Position numbers and translations under genes: made by a program. A DNA stretch of 64,000 nt from Fibrobacteria bacterium (lineage in GTDB: Bacteria; Fibrobacterota; Fibrobacteria; UBA11236): positions 1-64,000 of the forward strand of contig JAYTSD010000032.1 in assembly GCA_043745805.1 (NCBI GenBank), read 5' to 3'. Shown piece after piece: positions 1 through 10,900 of the stretch. The first letter of the stretch is position 1, and each line of letters starts with the position of its first letter. The notes below the pieces were generated by a model, which worked only from the letters and a program-made list of their open reading frames with translations, did no database searches and was not told the DNA's origin.

Positions 1-1
1 A

Positions 2-94
2 AATCTTCGGCTTAAAAAAGAATTGTTAAGAGCAGAAGAAGAACGAGACATCCTAAAAAAAGCCGCGGCGTATTTCGCGAAAGAGTCCCGATGA
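2..94 (+). CDS. IS3 transposase OrfA, C-terminal fragment (5' partial)
   Basis: My translation from nt 2 gives NLRLKKELLRAEEERDILKKAAAYFAKESR*, the typical IS3 OrfA end. Confidence 0.9.
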   Translation, partial: NLRLKKELLRAEEERDILKKAAAYFAKESR

Positions 95-953
95 GATACG
101 CGTTTATTCGGGAACACACAAAAGAGTTTAAAGTGCTTTCAATGTGTCGAGTACTAAAAGTGCATCGTAGCGGATTTTACAAATGGCTACTTATTCCCAA
201 GTCAAAAAGGCAACAAGACGATGAAAAGCTGATTGTAGAAAGCCAACATTTTTTCCAAGAAAGCCACGAATCTTATGGGAGCCCTCGCATTCACCATGAT
301 CTTTTGGAAATAGGAATTCGCTGTGGTAGAAAAAGAGTGGAACGTTTAATGCGACAAACCAAGCTCAGAGCGGTACGCAGTTACAAATCCAAGCATAAAC
401 GGTACCTTAAACCGAGCCTTACCTCCCGCAATCTATTAAAAAAAAATTCACCTCCGAGTCAGCCAATGAAAAATGGGTAACCGATATTACCCAAATCAGA
501 ACTTATGAAGGTTGGTTATATGTGGCCATCGTAGAAGATTTATTTTCACGCATGGTTGTTGGATGGTCGATGCAATCGAATATGCGCAAAGATTTGGTAT
601 TAGATGCACTTTTAATGGCCGTATGGAAGCGTCAGCCAAAGCAGGAAGTGATTATTCATTCGGATCAAGGTTCGCAATTTGGTTCGGAGGACTGGTTAGT
701 ATTTTGCCGAGATCATGGTTTGATTCCCAGCATGAGTCGTCGTGGTAACTGCTATGATAATGCAGCTCAAGAATCCTTTAATGGAACGCTTAAAAAGGAG
801 CTTGTTCGTGGTAAAATTTATCAAACAAGGAATGAAGCGAGAAGTGACATTTTTGATTATATCGAATTATTTTATAATTCCAAGCGCAGACATAGATATC
901 TTGGGTATATGAGTCCTATGAAATTTGAAGAGATAAAAATGCAAGTTACCTAA
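91..953 (+). pseudogene. IS3 transposase OrfB (DDE), split by a frameshift in an A9 run at 438-446
   Basis: ORF 91..480 has YGSPRI and KRVERLMR. The -1 frame after the A run reads FTSESANEKWVTDITQIRTYEGWLYVAIVEDLFSR and continues into ORF 522..953. Confidence 0.85.
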
Positions 954-979
954 CTCTCTACTATAACGGGGGAAGTTCA
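954..979. repeat. Right terminal inverted repeat of the IS3 element (length approximate)
   Basis: The reverse complement reads TGAACTTCCCCCGTTATAGTAGAGAG, a TG-initiated IS3-type end just after the orfB stop. The left copy is not in the window. Confidence 0.7.
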
Positions 980-1070
980 TTGATCGGCGCCGAGCATTAT
1001 AGATGCTTAATAAGATTATTTTTATGTGCAACGAATATCAAACCAGATCCAGAGATTAAATGTCGATAAA

Positions 1071-1385
1071 ATGAAAAACTTATACACCATACTATACATC
1101 CTTAGTTTTTTAACAACCGGCTGCTCCAATAGATATTTGATCAAGCCCTCAAATGAAATGAATTTGCGATAGGGTGATAATTTAGAAATTATATTAAGAA
1201 ATTCTAATAAAAAGACTGACCAATTTATTCGCCAAAATGCAGACTCCATCATTTGTAAATCCAAATCTTATGGAAAGAATGAGATTTATGAGATGGAAGT
1301 GAAGACATCATCACCAAGCAAAACACTTGGTTTAGTCGGTGTCATAGGTTTAGGATTTTTAGAAAACACTAAACAAAAAATTTAG
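1071..1385 (+). pseudogene. Small lipoprotein gene interrupted by an in-frame TAG at 1170-1172
   Basis: My translation: MKNLYTILYILSFLTTGC SNRYLIKPSNEMNLR*GDNLEIILRN...SKTLGLVGVIGLGFLENTKQKI*. It has a lipobox-like LTTGC and the frame stays open after the stop. Confidence 0.6.
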
Positions 1386-1666
1386 GTACCGTTGCAACTA
1401 AATTCCTAAAAGCTAGACCCACAAATATTGGGTCGAAAACTATTTCCCTATGGAAATAAACCCAAAACACTTCCAGAGTATGAAAATATTGTTTGGGAAG
1501 TAAATATCTATTAAAGAAAGTAAGTATGATACTAATAAAGGTGCTAATTATTCCAGTAAATGGGACGGAGATTTGTCTACAGCCTCTAAGTACAGATGTA
1601 CATTTACTCCAAAATATTAAAACAAAGTGGAAATTGATGCGACACTACTTACTACTTGGAAAATTT

Positions 1667-2932
1667 ATGCGTTATAGATTTATCGCGCTTTTTACCTTAA
1701 CTCTTTTTTGCTTTGCACAATCCCAGCAAGTGACACAAATTCCTATTACGTCGCTTTTAAATATTCGATCCGTTACAACTTTTACTAATGGAAATCTAGT
1801 GACTTGGTCATTAGGTGGTGGAGTTGATCATGGAAATGGATTGTTTACTTCAGCTGCCGCTATATTTACAGGCGATACCGCAGTGTTGGCTTTACCGGAT
1901 TCCTCTTTGATTTTCGCTAATGCGCGCCATCCTGATATATTATTGCATTACTCAAATAATGATGGAGTAGGTTTTCAAACCCGTGGCATAGATGATACGG
2001 GGAGTTTTAGTATTTCCCTTTCCGCAGGAAATTACAGTAAAATATTTTTGACATTTACCAGCGCATTTGGGCAGTCTGATCTTCAATTTCAGTTGAATTA
2101 TAAAGATACCACGGAGACGAAATCTGTTACCCTTCCCGATTGGTATTATTTTATATCCAACAGCGATTCCGTATGTTTTAATCTGCTTAGCAATTTGGCC
2201 AGATGGGATCATAACAATATTCCTGCTGCTATTTCGGGATCGGGCCACAATAATATCGATGGCATCGAACTGCATCCGATGGTGAACAAAACCTTAGTCA
2301 GTATTAAGGTGATTAAGGTTAAAACTCCTAATATGCCGTCGATCTTGACGTTTTGGGCGGCTACTGGTGTGACCGTATCTTTGCCCGCTACGGTGGTTTT
2401 GGCGAGACTCGCGGATACAGTAAAAACCGATAGTGTAAAATTACTGTGGAGAAAAGCCATGCCTTTGGTCGACAAATACCGATTAGAACTCTCTCTCGAT
2501 TCGCTTTTTTCAAAAGTGCAAATGGATTCCAATGTAACGGATACATTACGTACCGTTAAAGTAACGGTCCTAAGCGGAAGTTTAGGTTTATTTTGGCGCG
2601 TGCGTGCCCATAATGTGTTGGGTTGGGGGCCTGTGAGCGCTACCGGAAAATTAATCCTAAGTTCGCCGACTACTGCGATTTCCCGACAAAAGCCTTTTTT
2701 ACAAAAATTTGCGATAAGCGAGGAGCTGTTGCATTTTACTTTAGCTAAATCGGAAAATGTTCGAATCGATTTATTTGATATGCATGGCCATAGAATAGTT
2801 TTGCTTGATGGAATGCTCGCTGCGGGAGAACATCATTTGGCTTTGCCCACAAAAAACTTGTCTCTAGGACTGTACATAGTAACTTTACATAGCGAGGGCT
2901 TTCAGCAAAGCTTGAAAATCATTAAGCCTTAA
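1667..2932 (+). CDS. Secreted protein with an FN3-like domain and a T9SS type A-like C-terminal domain
   Basis: ATG 1667 gives signal peptide MRYRFIALFTLTLFCFA. FN3-like FWRVRAHNVLGWGP. C-terminal VRIDLFDMHG...NLSLGLYIVTL. Start moved from 1493. Confidence 0.75.
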   Translation: MRYRFIALFTLTLFCFAQSQQVTQIPITSLLNIRSVTTFTNGNLVTWSLGGGVDHGNGLFTSAAAIFTGDTAVLALPDSSLIFANARHPDILLHYSNNDGVGFQTRGIDDTGSFSISLSAGNYSKIFLTFTSAFGQSDLQFQLNYKDTTETKSVTLPDWYYFISNSDSVCFNLLSNLARWDHNNIPAAISGSGHNNIDGIELHPMVNKTLVSIKVIKVKTPNMPSILTFWAATGVTVSLPATVVLARLADTVKTDSVKLLWRKAMPLVDKYRLELSLDSLFSKVQMDSNVTDTLRTVKVTVLSGSLGLFWRVRAHNVLGWGPVSATGKLILSSPTTAISRQKPFLQKFAISEELLHFTLAKSENVRIDLFDMHGHRIVLLDGMLAAGEHHLALPTKNLSLGLYIVTLHSEGFQQSLKIIKP

Positions 2933-3156
2933 ACGCTCCATTTGCCAAAATTCTACAAGCAATTAACTAGGATGATCTAGTAAAGTTACTTTATGTATTT
3001 AATCACTATTAATAGGTATTAAATACATATTCTATGCTATCAGAAATACCTAATAAACGATATCACAATTCCACATTTTCGTATTAGATTATACAATTAC
3101 AGAGTTGGGGGGTTGATAACTCTGCAAATAAAAAATGAATACTTTGGGGAAATATT

Positions 3157-5418
3157 GTGAATAAAACAAAAGTTATTTTTATTGTACTTATGGCATTTGC
3201 CATTAAAAATTTTGCATTGCCCATTTCCATTTCTGGAAAAGTTTCCGATGCTAATGGTCAACCCATTGCCTCCGCAATTATCCGTACATTTACCAATACT
3301 GTTATTTGCACTACCAAAACGGATGGCACCTACCTTTTAAAAGGCGAGGCCTCGGGTATTTTTAATCGCACTGGAAAAAACTTCAATGCGAATAGCATCG
3401 AATTCAAAAACAATACTTTCATATTCAATGTTCGCGAAGCCGCAATAGGCAATGCAAAATTATATAATACCGCGGGACATTGTTTAGCCACCATTTATAA
3501 AGGTGCTTTTCAACAAGGAAGCAATAGCATTCCTTTTGCTTTAGCGAAATATGGCCATGGCCTTTTATTGTTACGCACCGAAATTGGCAATGTGACCAAT
3601 ACTTATACGCTTAATCCTATGATGAATGATTTGAATAATTCCATTAGCGAAAATTTAAATACCAAAAGCCGAGGCTTATTTAAAATCGCAGCTTTGGATT
3701 GGTTACAAGCAGCCAAATCAGGGTATGCTACGAATTTGCAGGCGATTAGCTCTTATAATGGTGTGATTAATATCACATTAGCTTCCAATACCACTCCCGA
3801 TTTTGGACCGAATGTCAGTATATTCGATCCTTCCATGCCCATGGCAGATATGCAAGCTAAAATCAATAGCGTATTACCCGAGGCGAAACAATTCGCATCA
3901 CAACGTATCGCTTATTTCTTCAAGCCTGGTACTTATAATCTCACGGTAACCATTGGTTATTATATACATGCTATCGGTTTAGGCAATTCGCCCGATGATG
4001 TGTCCATCAATGGCGTAGTGGAATCACGGGGACAAGGCTCTTTAAGTTATTTTTGGCGCGGCGCGGAGAATCTATCAGTTACTCCCCCCTCAGGGATCTC
4101 TAATATATGGTCTATTTCGCAAGCCGCTCCTTTCCGGCGTATGCATATTAAAGGCCCTTTGCAATTGCATGACGGTGGCTCTACCAGCGGTGGTTATATG
4201 TCGGATTGTAAAATCGATGGCGCTGTTAATTCTGGATCGCAGCAGCAATTCTATACCCGTAACTCGCAAATTACCTCTTGGAATGGCGGGAATTGGAATA
4301 TGTTTTTCCAAGGGGTTTTAAATGCGCCTGCGGATAATTTCGCCACGGGCGGTCCCATGACCAATATTGCGAATACGCCACTATCTCGGGAAAAGCCTTA
4401 TTTAACTATAGATGTAAGTGGAAATTATGCGGTATTTGTTCCGGCTTTAAAAACCAATTCGCAAGGCACGACTTGGCTCAATGGCCCTACGGCAGGCGAA
4501 TCCATGCCTATTGATCAATTTTATATCGCTAAAGAAACGGATAATAGCGCCAGTATCAATGCCGCTTTAGGACAGGGCAAAAACCTAATTCTCACCCCGG
4601 GAATTTACAATTTAGATAGTCCCCTAGAGGTTACCCGTCCCAATACGGTGATATTAGGAATTGGCTTCCCCACCCTCTCCGCGCAAAATGGAACTATTGC
4701 CATGAAAGTAGCCGATGTAGATGGTATCAAAATCAGCGGTATTCTTTTTGACGCCGGCCTCACCGAATCACCAACCTTATTCCAAGTAGGCGAGGTTGGA
4801 AGCGCTGTAAATCATAGTGTGAACCCAACTTGTCTTTTTGATATTTTCGCCCGTATTGGTGGAGTGGTAGCAGGTAAGGTGGTGACTAGTGTAATTATTA
4901 ATAGCAATAATGTAATTCTCGATCATTGCTGGATTTGGCGTGCGGATCATGGCGCTGGGGTAGGCTGGACTTCCAATACCTCGAAAAATGGCATGATCAT
5001 TAATGGCAATGATGTAATTATGTATGGCCAATTCATGGAACATCATCAACAGTATCAAACCATTTGGAATGGCAATAATGGCCGCAATTATTTCTATCAA
5101 AATGAAATTCCTTATGAAGTGCCTACCCAAGCAGATTTTCAACATGGTGGCGTAAATGGTTGGGCTTCTTACAAAGTGGGCGATGCTGTGATTAATCATG
5201 AAGCTTGGGGTGTGGGCGTATATGCCTTTTTTAATCGCGCGGCCATTATTTTAGAAAATGGCATTGAAGCCCCTATGCGCTCAGGAGTGAAATTCCATCA
5301 TATGGTAGTGATGTCCTTAGGCGGTAATAAAGGCGAAGTCACCCATGTTATTAATGGCACCGGCCCAACAGCGAGTCAAGCTACTAAGACAAAGGTGACG
5401 CTAGCAGAATATCCTTAA
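3157..5418 (+). CDS. Secreted GH55-like exo-beta-1,3-glucanase with N-terminal prealbumin-like/CTD-like module
   Basis: PDFGPNVSIFDPSMP, FWRGAENL, WSISQAAPFRRMHI, SGGYMSD, SQQQFYTRNS, WIWRADHG and FYQNEIPY match bacterial GH55 (Streptomyces Lam55A type). Signal peptide present. Confidence 0.85.
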   Translation: MNKTKVIFIVLMAFAIKNFALPISISGKVSDANGQPIASAIIRTFTNTVICTTKTDGTYLLKGEASGIFNRTGKNFNANSIEFKNNTFIFNVREAAIGNAKLYNTAGHCLATIYKGAFQQGSNSIPFALAKYGHGLLLLRTEIGNVTNTYTLNPMMNDLNNSISENLNTKSRGLFKIAALDWLQAAKSGYATNLQAISSYNGVINITLASNTTPDFGPNVSIFDPSMPMADMQAKINSVLPEAKQFASQRIAYFFKPGTYNLTVTIGYYIHAIGLGNSPDDVSINGVVESRGQGSLSYFWRGAENLSVTPPSGISNIWSISQAAPFRRMHIKGPLQLHDGGSTSGGYMSDCKIDGAVNSGSQQQFYTRNSQITSWNGGNWNMFFQGVLNAPADNFATGGPMTNIANTPLSREKPYLTIDVSGNYAVFVPALKTNSQGTTWLNGPTAGESMPIDQFYIAKETDNSASINAALGQGKNLILTPGIYNLDSPLEVTRPNTVILGIGFPTLSAQNGTIAMKVADVDGIKISGILFDAGLTESPTLFQVGEVGSAVNHSVNPTCLFDIFARIGGVVAGKVVTSVIINSNNVILDHCWIWRADHGAGVGWTSNTSKNGMIINGNDVIMYGQFMEHHQQYQTIWNGNNGRNYFYQNEIPYEVPTQADFQHGGVNGWASYKVGDAVINHEAWGVGVYAFFNRAAIILENGIEAPMRSGVKFHHMVVMSLGGNKGEVTHVINGTGPTASQATKTKVTLAEYP

Positions 5419-5450
5419 AAAGGGATTCTGCGCATTATTTTTCCGAAAAG

Positions 5451-5636
5451 TTAATTGGTCCAGCTTTCCCAGCTAAAGCAAACGAGCGTGGTTATTCCCA
5501 CGGTAAATCCAAAAGTACCGGTCCACAAGAGTAGTCCAAGCAAAGGCGTCCAGTGATAGCATGAGGCCATAGCTTGGAAACCAGCAAAACCAATTACATA
5601 ATAAAGGAATGCGGCTGCAAACATTGCAATTTTCAT
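5451..5636 (-). CDS. Small two-helix membrane protein (61 aa)
   Basis: ATG at 5636 preceded by GGGAGAG RBS; two hydrophobic segments. Confidence 0.55.
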   Translation of the reverse strand: MKIAMFAAAFLYYVIGFAGFQAMASCYHWTPLLGLLLWTGTFGFTVGITTLVCFSWESWTN

Positions 5637-5834
5637 ATTAATCTCTCCCGAATAAAATTCATTATAGCACAAAAGGATAATATTTTTCGAGCAATACTGC
5701 TATTGTGAAGAATACATATCTGAAAAAATAGGGACTAAAACAGAGACTTGTGCAAGGATGCATAGTATGATGTGAACGATTTACTAGAGCGATTGGTAAA
5801 CGCATTCCTGATGAATATCATAAAAGGGAAGTTT

Positions 5835-7964
5835 ATGAAAAAGGGAAATGAGCTCAAGGCATTCATTTTTGATGAGCAATTTCGCGATCAATTGGCACGT
5901 CAAATACTGCGTATTTTACTTCCCGCGCTGACAGGTTTTGCAGTTTTAGCCTTGATTTTAACGCTTTTTTTGCATAGTACACAGAAGGTACCCCTTTACA
6001 TTTCCATTTCATCCGTAATTTTATTGTGGGTAGTTTTTCAATTTTCTGCTACCGAATGTATTCGCTATACCGTAATCCTAGTGATTTTAAATGGCTTAGT
6101 AAATATTGCCATAAACCAAAATTTACGAGCTCCAGGAGTTATAGGCGTACCCATATTAGCCGTGGCCCTTTCAGCATGGTTTTATTCCATGCGCACAACG
6201 ATTATTTTGGTCATAGCCTTCTTTGTGGGATATGGAATCCTTGCTTATTGCCTGTTTGCAAATATTTTTCCTGAAGGCAAAGCTCTGGAGTCTTCGAATT
6301 ATTCCATTCGTTTATTTGCGAATTTAATTTATATCGGTGCGGTAGTATTAATTCCGGCACAAATTCTGCGGAAAATATTTCTTCAACTAAAACAAAAAAA
6401 TAGAGACCTTGAAAAAAGTCTGCTGGAACTAAATGAAAGTCGAAGTTTTACTACACAAGCGGTGAATAGTTCTCCTCGTATCTTTGGTTGGATAAAACCG
6501 AATGGCGTCCTTCAATTCGCAAATGACACAGCACTTAAAATAATAAACACAAAACCCGAAGACGTTTTAGGAAAGGAGTTTTGGGATACGCCATGGTTCA
6601 ATCATGATCCGCAACAGCAAAATAAACTTCGTGAGGTTATTGCTGAAGCTGCGCAAGGGAAGCCTGTTCGAACGAATATGTTGCATAAAACAGCGGCAGG
6701 GGATCTTTTGGAAATAGATTTTTATGCCTCACCCACTTTTGATATTAATGGTGAGGTGGCAACGATTGTGGTGGAAGGGGCCGATGTTACGGATGAGCGA
6801 AACTCTATTCGTCAAAAACAAAAACTAACCGAACAACTTCATCAAAGTCAGAAAATGGATGCTGTAGGCCAATTGGCTGGCGGTGTTGCGCATGACTTTA
6901 ATAATTCTTTGGCAGGAATTATTGGCGCAGCTGAGTTGATTCAAAATGGTCATTTGAATTTAAGTTCGCAAAAAGAATTTATTGATTTGATTATTTCTTC
7001 GGCACAACGTGCAAGTGAACTGACGAAAAAGTTACTCACTTTTTCACGCAAAGGGAATAAGTTAAAGAGTAAAGTGGATATGGTGAAAATCATACAAGAC
7101 ACAATGGGATTACTTAGACCTACGCTTAATAAAAACATCGCTTTTGCGGTGGAAGTTAAAGCAAAACAAACCTTAATTTTTGGTGATGATGCAATGCTTC
7201 AGAATGCATTAATGAACATAGCCATCAATGCTAGTCATGTAATGACTAATGGAGGAGTCATAACCTTCACACTTGAAAATTTATCTCTTGATACAGGTTA
7301 TTGCGAAGCCTCCTCATTTGAAATTAATGCGGGAGAATATTTGGATGTTTCGATTCGCGATACCGGTTTTGGAATGACTCCCGAAATACAAGCGCATATT
7401 TTTGAACCTTTTTTTACTACTAAGGAACAAGGCAAGGGAACAGGACTAGGACTCGCTGCGGTTTATGGTACCGTGCAGGATCATCAGGGTGCTATTACGG
7501 TTTATTCGGAAGTTAATGTGGGTACAGTTTTTCATCTGTATTTCCCGGTATCCGAAGGTAATTTAAATGAAAAAATTGAAGAAACTGTAGAGTTGGGTTC
7601 GGGCACGGTTTTATTGATTGATGATGAACAAGTAATTCAATATGTGGCCAGTGCCTTGTTGATTTCTCTCGGTTATACGGTGATGTGCGCGGAAAATGGA
7701 AAAGTAGGTTTAGAAAAATTTTATGAGCATAGAGATAAAATTGATTTGGTTATTTTAGATATGATTATGCCAGTTATGGGTGGGCGTGAAACAATTACTA
7801 AACTTCGCGAAATAGATAATAATATACCCATCATAGTTTCATCTGGATTTGCTAAAGAAGAAGACTTTTTGCAAATGACAATTCAAGGCATTTCTGGTTC
7901 TTTACAAAAACCTTTTCGCCGAGAAGAGCTTGCGAAGATTGTAGCAAAGCATATTCGAAAGTAA
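5835..7964 (+). CDS. Membrane hybrid sensor kinase (TM region, PAS, HisKA, HATPase, REC)
   Basis: GQLAGGVAHDFNN H-box, IFEPFFTTKEQGKGTGLGLA, receiver VLLIDDE...DLVILDMIMP...KPF. Likely start 5835 after AAGGGAAG. Confidence 0.92.
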   Translation: MKKGNELKAFIFDEQFRDQLARQILRILLPALTGFAVLALILTLFLHSTQKVPLYISISSVILLWVVFQFSATECIRYTVILVILNGLVNIAINQNLRAPGVIGVPILAVALSAWFYSMRTTIILVIAFFVGYGILAYCLFANIFPEGKALESSNYSIRLFANLIYIGAVVLIPAQILRKIFLQLKQKNRDLEKSLLELNESRSFTTQAVNSSPRIFGWIKPNGVLQFANDTALKIINTKPEDVLGKEFWDTPWFNHDPQQQNKLREVIAEAAQGKPVRTNMLHKTAAGDLLEIDFYASPTFDINGEVATIVVEGADVTDERNSIRQKQKLTEQLHQSQKMDAVGQLAGGVAHDFNNSLAGIIGAAELIQNGHLNLSSQKEFIDLIISSAQRASELTKKLLTFSRKGNKLKSKVDMVKIIQDTMGLLRPTLNKNIAFAVEVKAKQTLIFGDDAMLQNALMNIAINASHVMTNGGVITFTLENLSLDTGYCEASSFEINAGEYLDVSIRDTGFGMTPEIQAHIFEPFFTTKEQGKGTGLGLAAVYGTVQDHQGAITVYSEVNVGTVFHLYFPVSEGNLNEKIEETVELGSGTVLLIDDEQVIQYVASALLISLGYTVMCAENGKVGLEKFYEHRDKIDLVILDMIMPVMGGRETITKLREIDNNIPIIVSSGFAKEEDFLQMTIQGISGSLQKPFRREELAKIVAKHIRK

Positions 7965-7992
7965 TTGTAATTTGGAATAAAATATTCTGAAG

Positions 7993-10900
7993 CTAAACGA
8001 GTACCTTTAAGGTCTTTACTATGGGAATTGATTTAGCTGAAATGGACTGTTGATATTTCCATAATCGAAATATTTCTTCTACTTGAGTAAATACTTTTCC
8101 TTGGGCAACTTCTTCATCTCTCGCAAGCATGGAGGCCCTTGCATTTTCTCCCAAACGCTTGCGCCATAAGGGATCTTCTACCAAACGCTTCATCCAAACC
8201 GCCGCATCATCTAGATCTGGATCCGCCCATAATAAATCATTTTCACCAAATAAGAGTTGTGCATAAGCACAATAAGGATCGACCGGAATTAATTTGTGTT
8301 TCACTAATACGGAATTTCCCTCATGCATAAAATCCATATTGCCCGACCAACCTGTGGCTAATGCGGCCTTTCCCATGGACATACATTCCATCATACCCAA
8401 ACCCAAGCCTTCAGCTCGGTGCAAGGAAACATATACATCCCAGCATGCCATTAAGGACATCACCTCATTATACGGAATAGAATCTCGAATGAAACGAATA
8501 TTGCGATGCTCACAGGTAAACTCCTCGAGCTTGGAGGCGATTTGTCCATATTTTGGTGCGGCTTCAATATGGTTCATTTTGATCATTAAGATGACGTCAT
8601 TTCGACCTGTAAAAACTTTGAGAAACAATTGAATAACGCCGATAGGATTTTTGCGTTCAAAAACACTAGTAAAATCAAAGCTGAATCCGAATACTATGGC
8701 GTTTTCGGGAAGATTCCAGCGTGCACGATCAGCAAAAATATTACTGGGAAGATCCACGGTTTGCGGATAATATCGCACGGCAGTTTTAGATATGCACGAG
8801 GCAATAGCATTGGCGACAAATTGGGTGGGTGCTAATACCGCATCCATCGATTCTAATATCGGAACCCAATCATTTGGGATTCGGGATAGCTCCCAAAAAG
8901 GTACGCAAATATTTAAATGATTTTCGATGCGTAACGAGGATGGCGGTTCCCGCATTAGCATGCCAACTTCATAGGGGTTAATATGAAATAAATTAATGGC
9001 ATGCGGCATGGGATCAAGGGAAGTCCAAAGCTCGATATCCAAGCTTAAATCGCGTCTACTTCGTCCCAATCCCGAATCGATATCTAATAATGCGACTTCA
9101 TAACCTAATGATTTTAATAACTTCACTGTATTGCGTGCCGCTACGCCTAAGCCGATATTGCTGGTGAGGAACCCGATAATATTGAATCCCGGTTTATCGG
9201 AACGGTGGATTTTTTTTTCAATAGTTTTAACCTCAGAAAAATTTAAGGCAACGGTTGGATTTTTATTTTCCGAATTAGGGTAACTTACAGGCGACCATGT
9301 TGCTCGCTCTAAGGAAGGATTTTTTTTTCCATAATGCAGCAAACTTTCATGCACAGGTGTTTCGGCGGGATGGCCCCTTTCTCCTAGGGCTTCAAGTCCA
9401 TTAATGGCTTCACGATAATTGGGAGATACTTGAAGAGCCTGCTTAAAACATAATAGCGCATATTGAGGATCCAAAACGGGATCATCGAGCCACGGAGGCG
9501 TATAGTTCAAAGCTAGGCAGCCTTGTGCAGTCCATGCACGCGCAACCGCTTCGGGATTTTCAGAATCAATTTTCCATAATTTTCCTATAGGCATTAATTT
9601 ACGATAGCGTCCATTAATCAAGGTAATCTCTTCGCTCGAACGCTGGTTTTGATAAGTCAGGCCTTCAGGATTCTGGTAAAACAAACTCAAAGTTTCTGGA
9701 ACTAAGATTCCATGACTATTATGCAGTATGGTACGAATTTGAAACTCCAAATCCCCCGCGGCAAAAAAATTAGGATCGAAAATTCCTGTTTTTGAGAATA
9801 GGGATTTTCGCCACATGGGATGAGGTCCCAAAAAGCACCATAGCATGCCTTGAGCAGGATCCCATTTTGGATATTTTATGTTACGGTAACCATTATCTTT
9901 TCCAAAAATCGCATTTGGGATATTTGTCCAGTCACACCATGCATATGCAAAGTCAGCTTCGGGATTTTGATCGAGTTTTTTAGCGAGAATTTCTAAAGCA
10001 TTGAAAGTATGTGAATCATCAGTATTCGCATTGGTAATATATTTTCCGCGTGCAAGGTTGACGCCTCGATTCCATGCGGCATACAAAGGCTCGCGAGCAC
10101 TGCGAATATAATGAAGATTGGGAATGCGATGGCGAAAACTTTCGACAATTCTTCCTTCGTCCTGTTCCGATCCGCTATCGACAACGATTACCTCGAGCTT
10201 GTTTCCCAGTGTTTGTGCAGCCAAATCCTCCAAACAGGCAGGTAACAATTTTGCGGAATTATAGGCCGAGACAATGGCGCTAACGAGAATTTGCTCGGTT
10301 ACTTCAATTATCGCCGATGATTTATTTTCTTGAGATGGATTTTTTTCTGAATGAGAAAATATTTGAATGGCTTCATTAATACAGTTTTCAAAATTAAGGG
10401 GGAATGAGTTTATACTTTCAATATTTTCCGCAATGGCCAAGGCTGAGCTTAATTTCAGCGTATTGAAATTAACCCAAGTAGGGAAGGGTAATATGCGAAT
10501 AATGGCTTTTGATTCTGGAAAAAAAGTGCGAAAATTCTGCTCATCCATTTGGCTATTTACAATTAGATATCGAGACTCGCGAGCAATTTTTCCTAAATCG
10601 CGTTCGCGGTTTTCATATTCTTGTCCGGAAAAAGAGTTGGGAAAAAATCGATGCTGCAAGTCAGGAATCCAACTTATAGCACAATAATCTGTCCAAACAT
10701 CCATTGGAAGGGGGAAATAAACATCAATCAACTGAAATAATTCTTCACGATTATGGCAAATAAGCATTTTACTAGAATGAGATGAGCTAATGTCCTGCGG
10801 AGCCCAAAAAATAATTTCATGAAAGAGCGAAATAAAAGATTGATAATGCTCTAAATTTTTTACGGTTTCTGTGCGAATCACTAAGGAAATTTTAAGTGAA

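Larger units (their letters stand above)
1..979 (+). mobile_element. IS3-family insertion sequence, left end outside the window
   Basis: orfA tail ...RAEEERDILKKAAAYFAKESR*, A7G slippery site at 55-62, ATGA overlap into orfB, DDE integrase motifs (WVTDIT, HSDQGSQF, GNCYDNA.QESF) and a right end ...GGGGGAAGTTCA (ends in CA). Confidence 0.95.

Noticed and set aside
512-748. 78-aa ORF inside the IS
   Set aside because: Alternative frame overlapping the DDE-coding frame, with no recognisable motifs.
1022-1264. 80-aa minus-strand ORF
   Set aside because: Antisense to the better-supported lipoprotein pseudogene frame.
1493-1666. N-terminal extension of the 479-aa ORF
   Set aside because: The signal peptide begins at ATG 1667; the upstream part looks non-coding.
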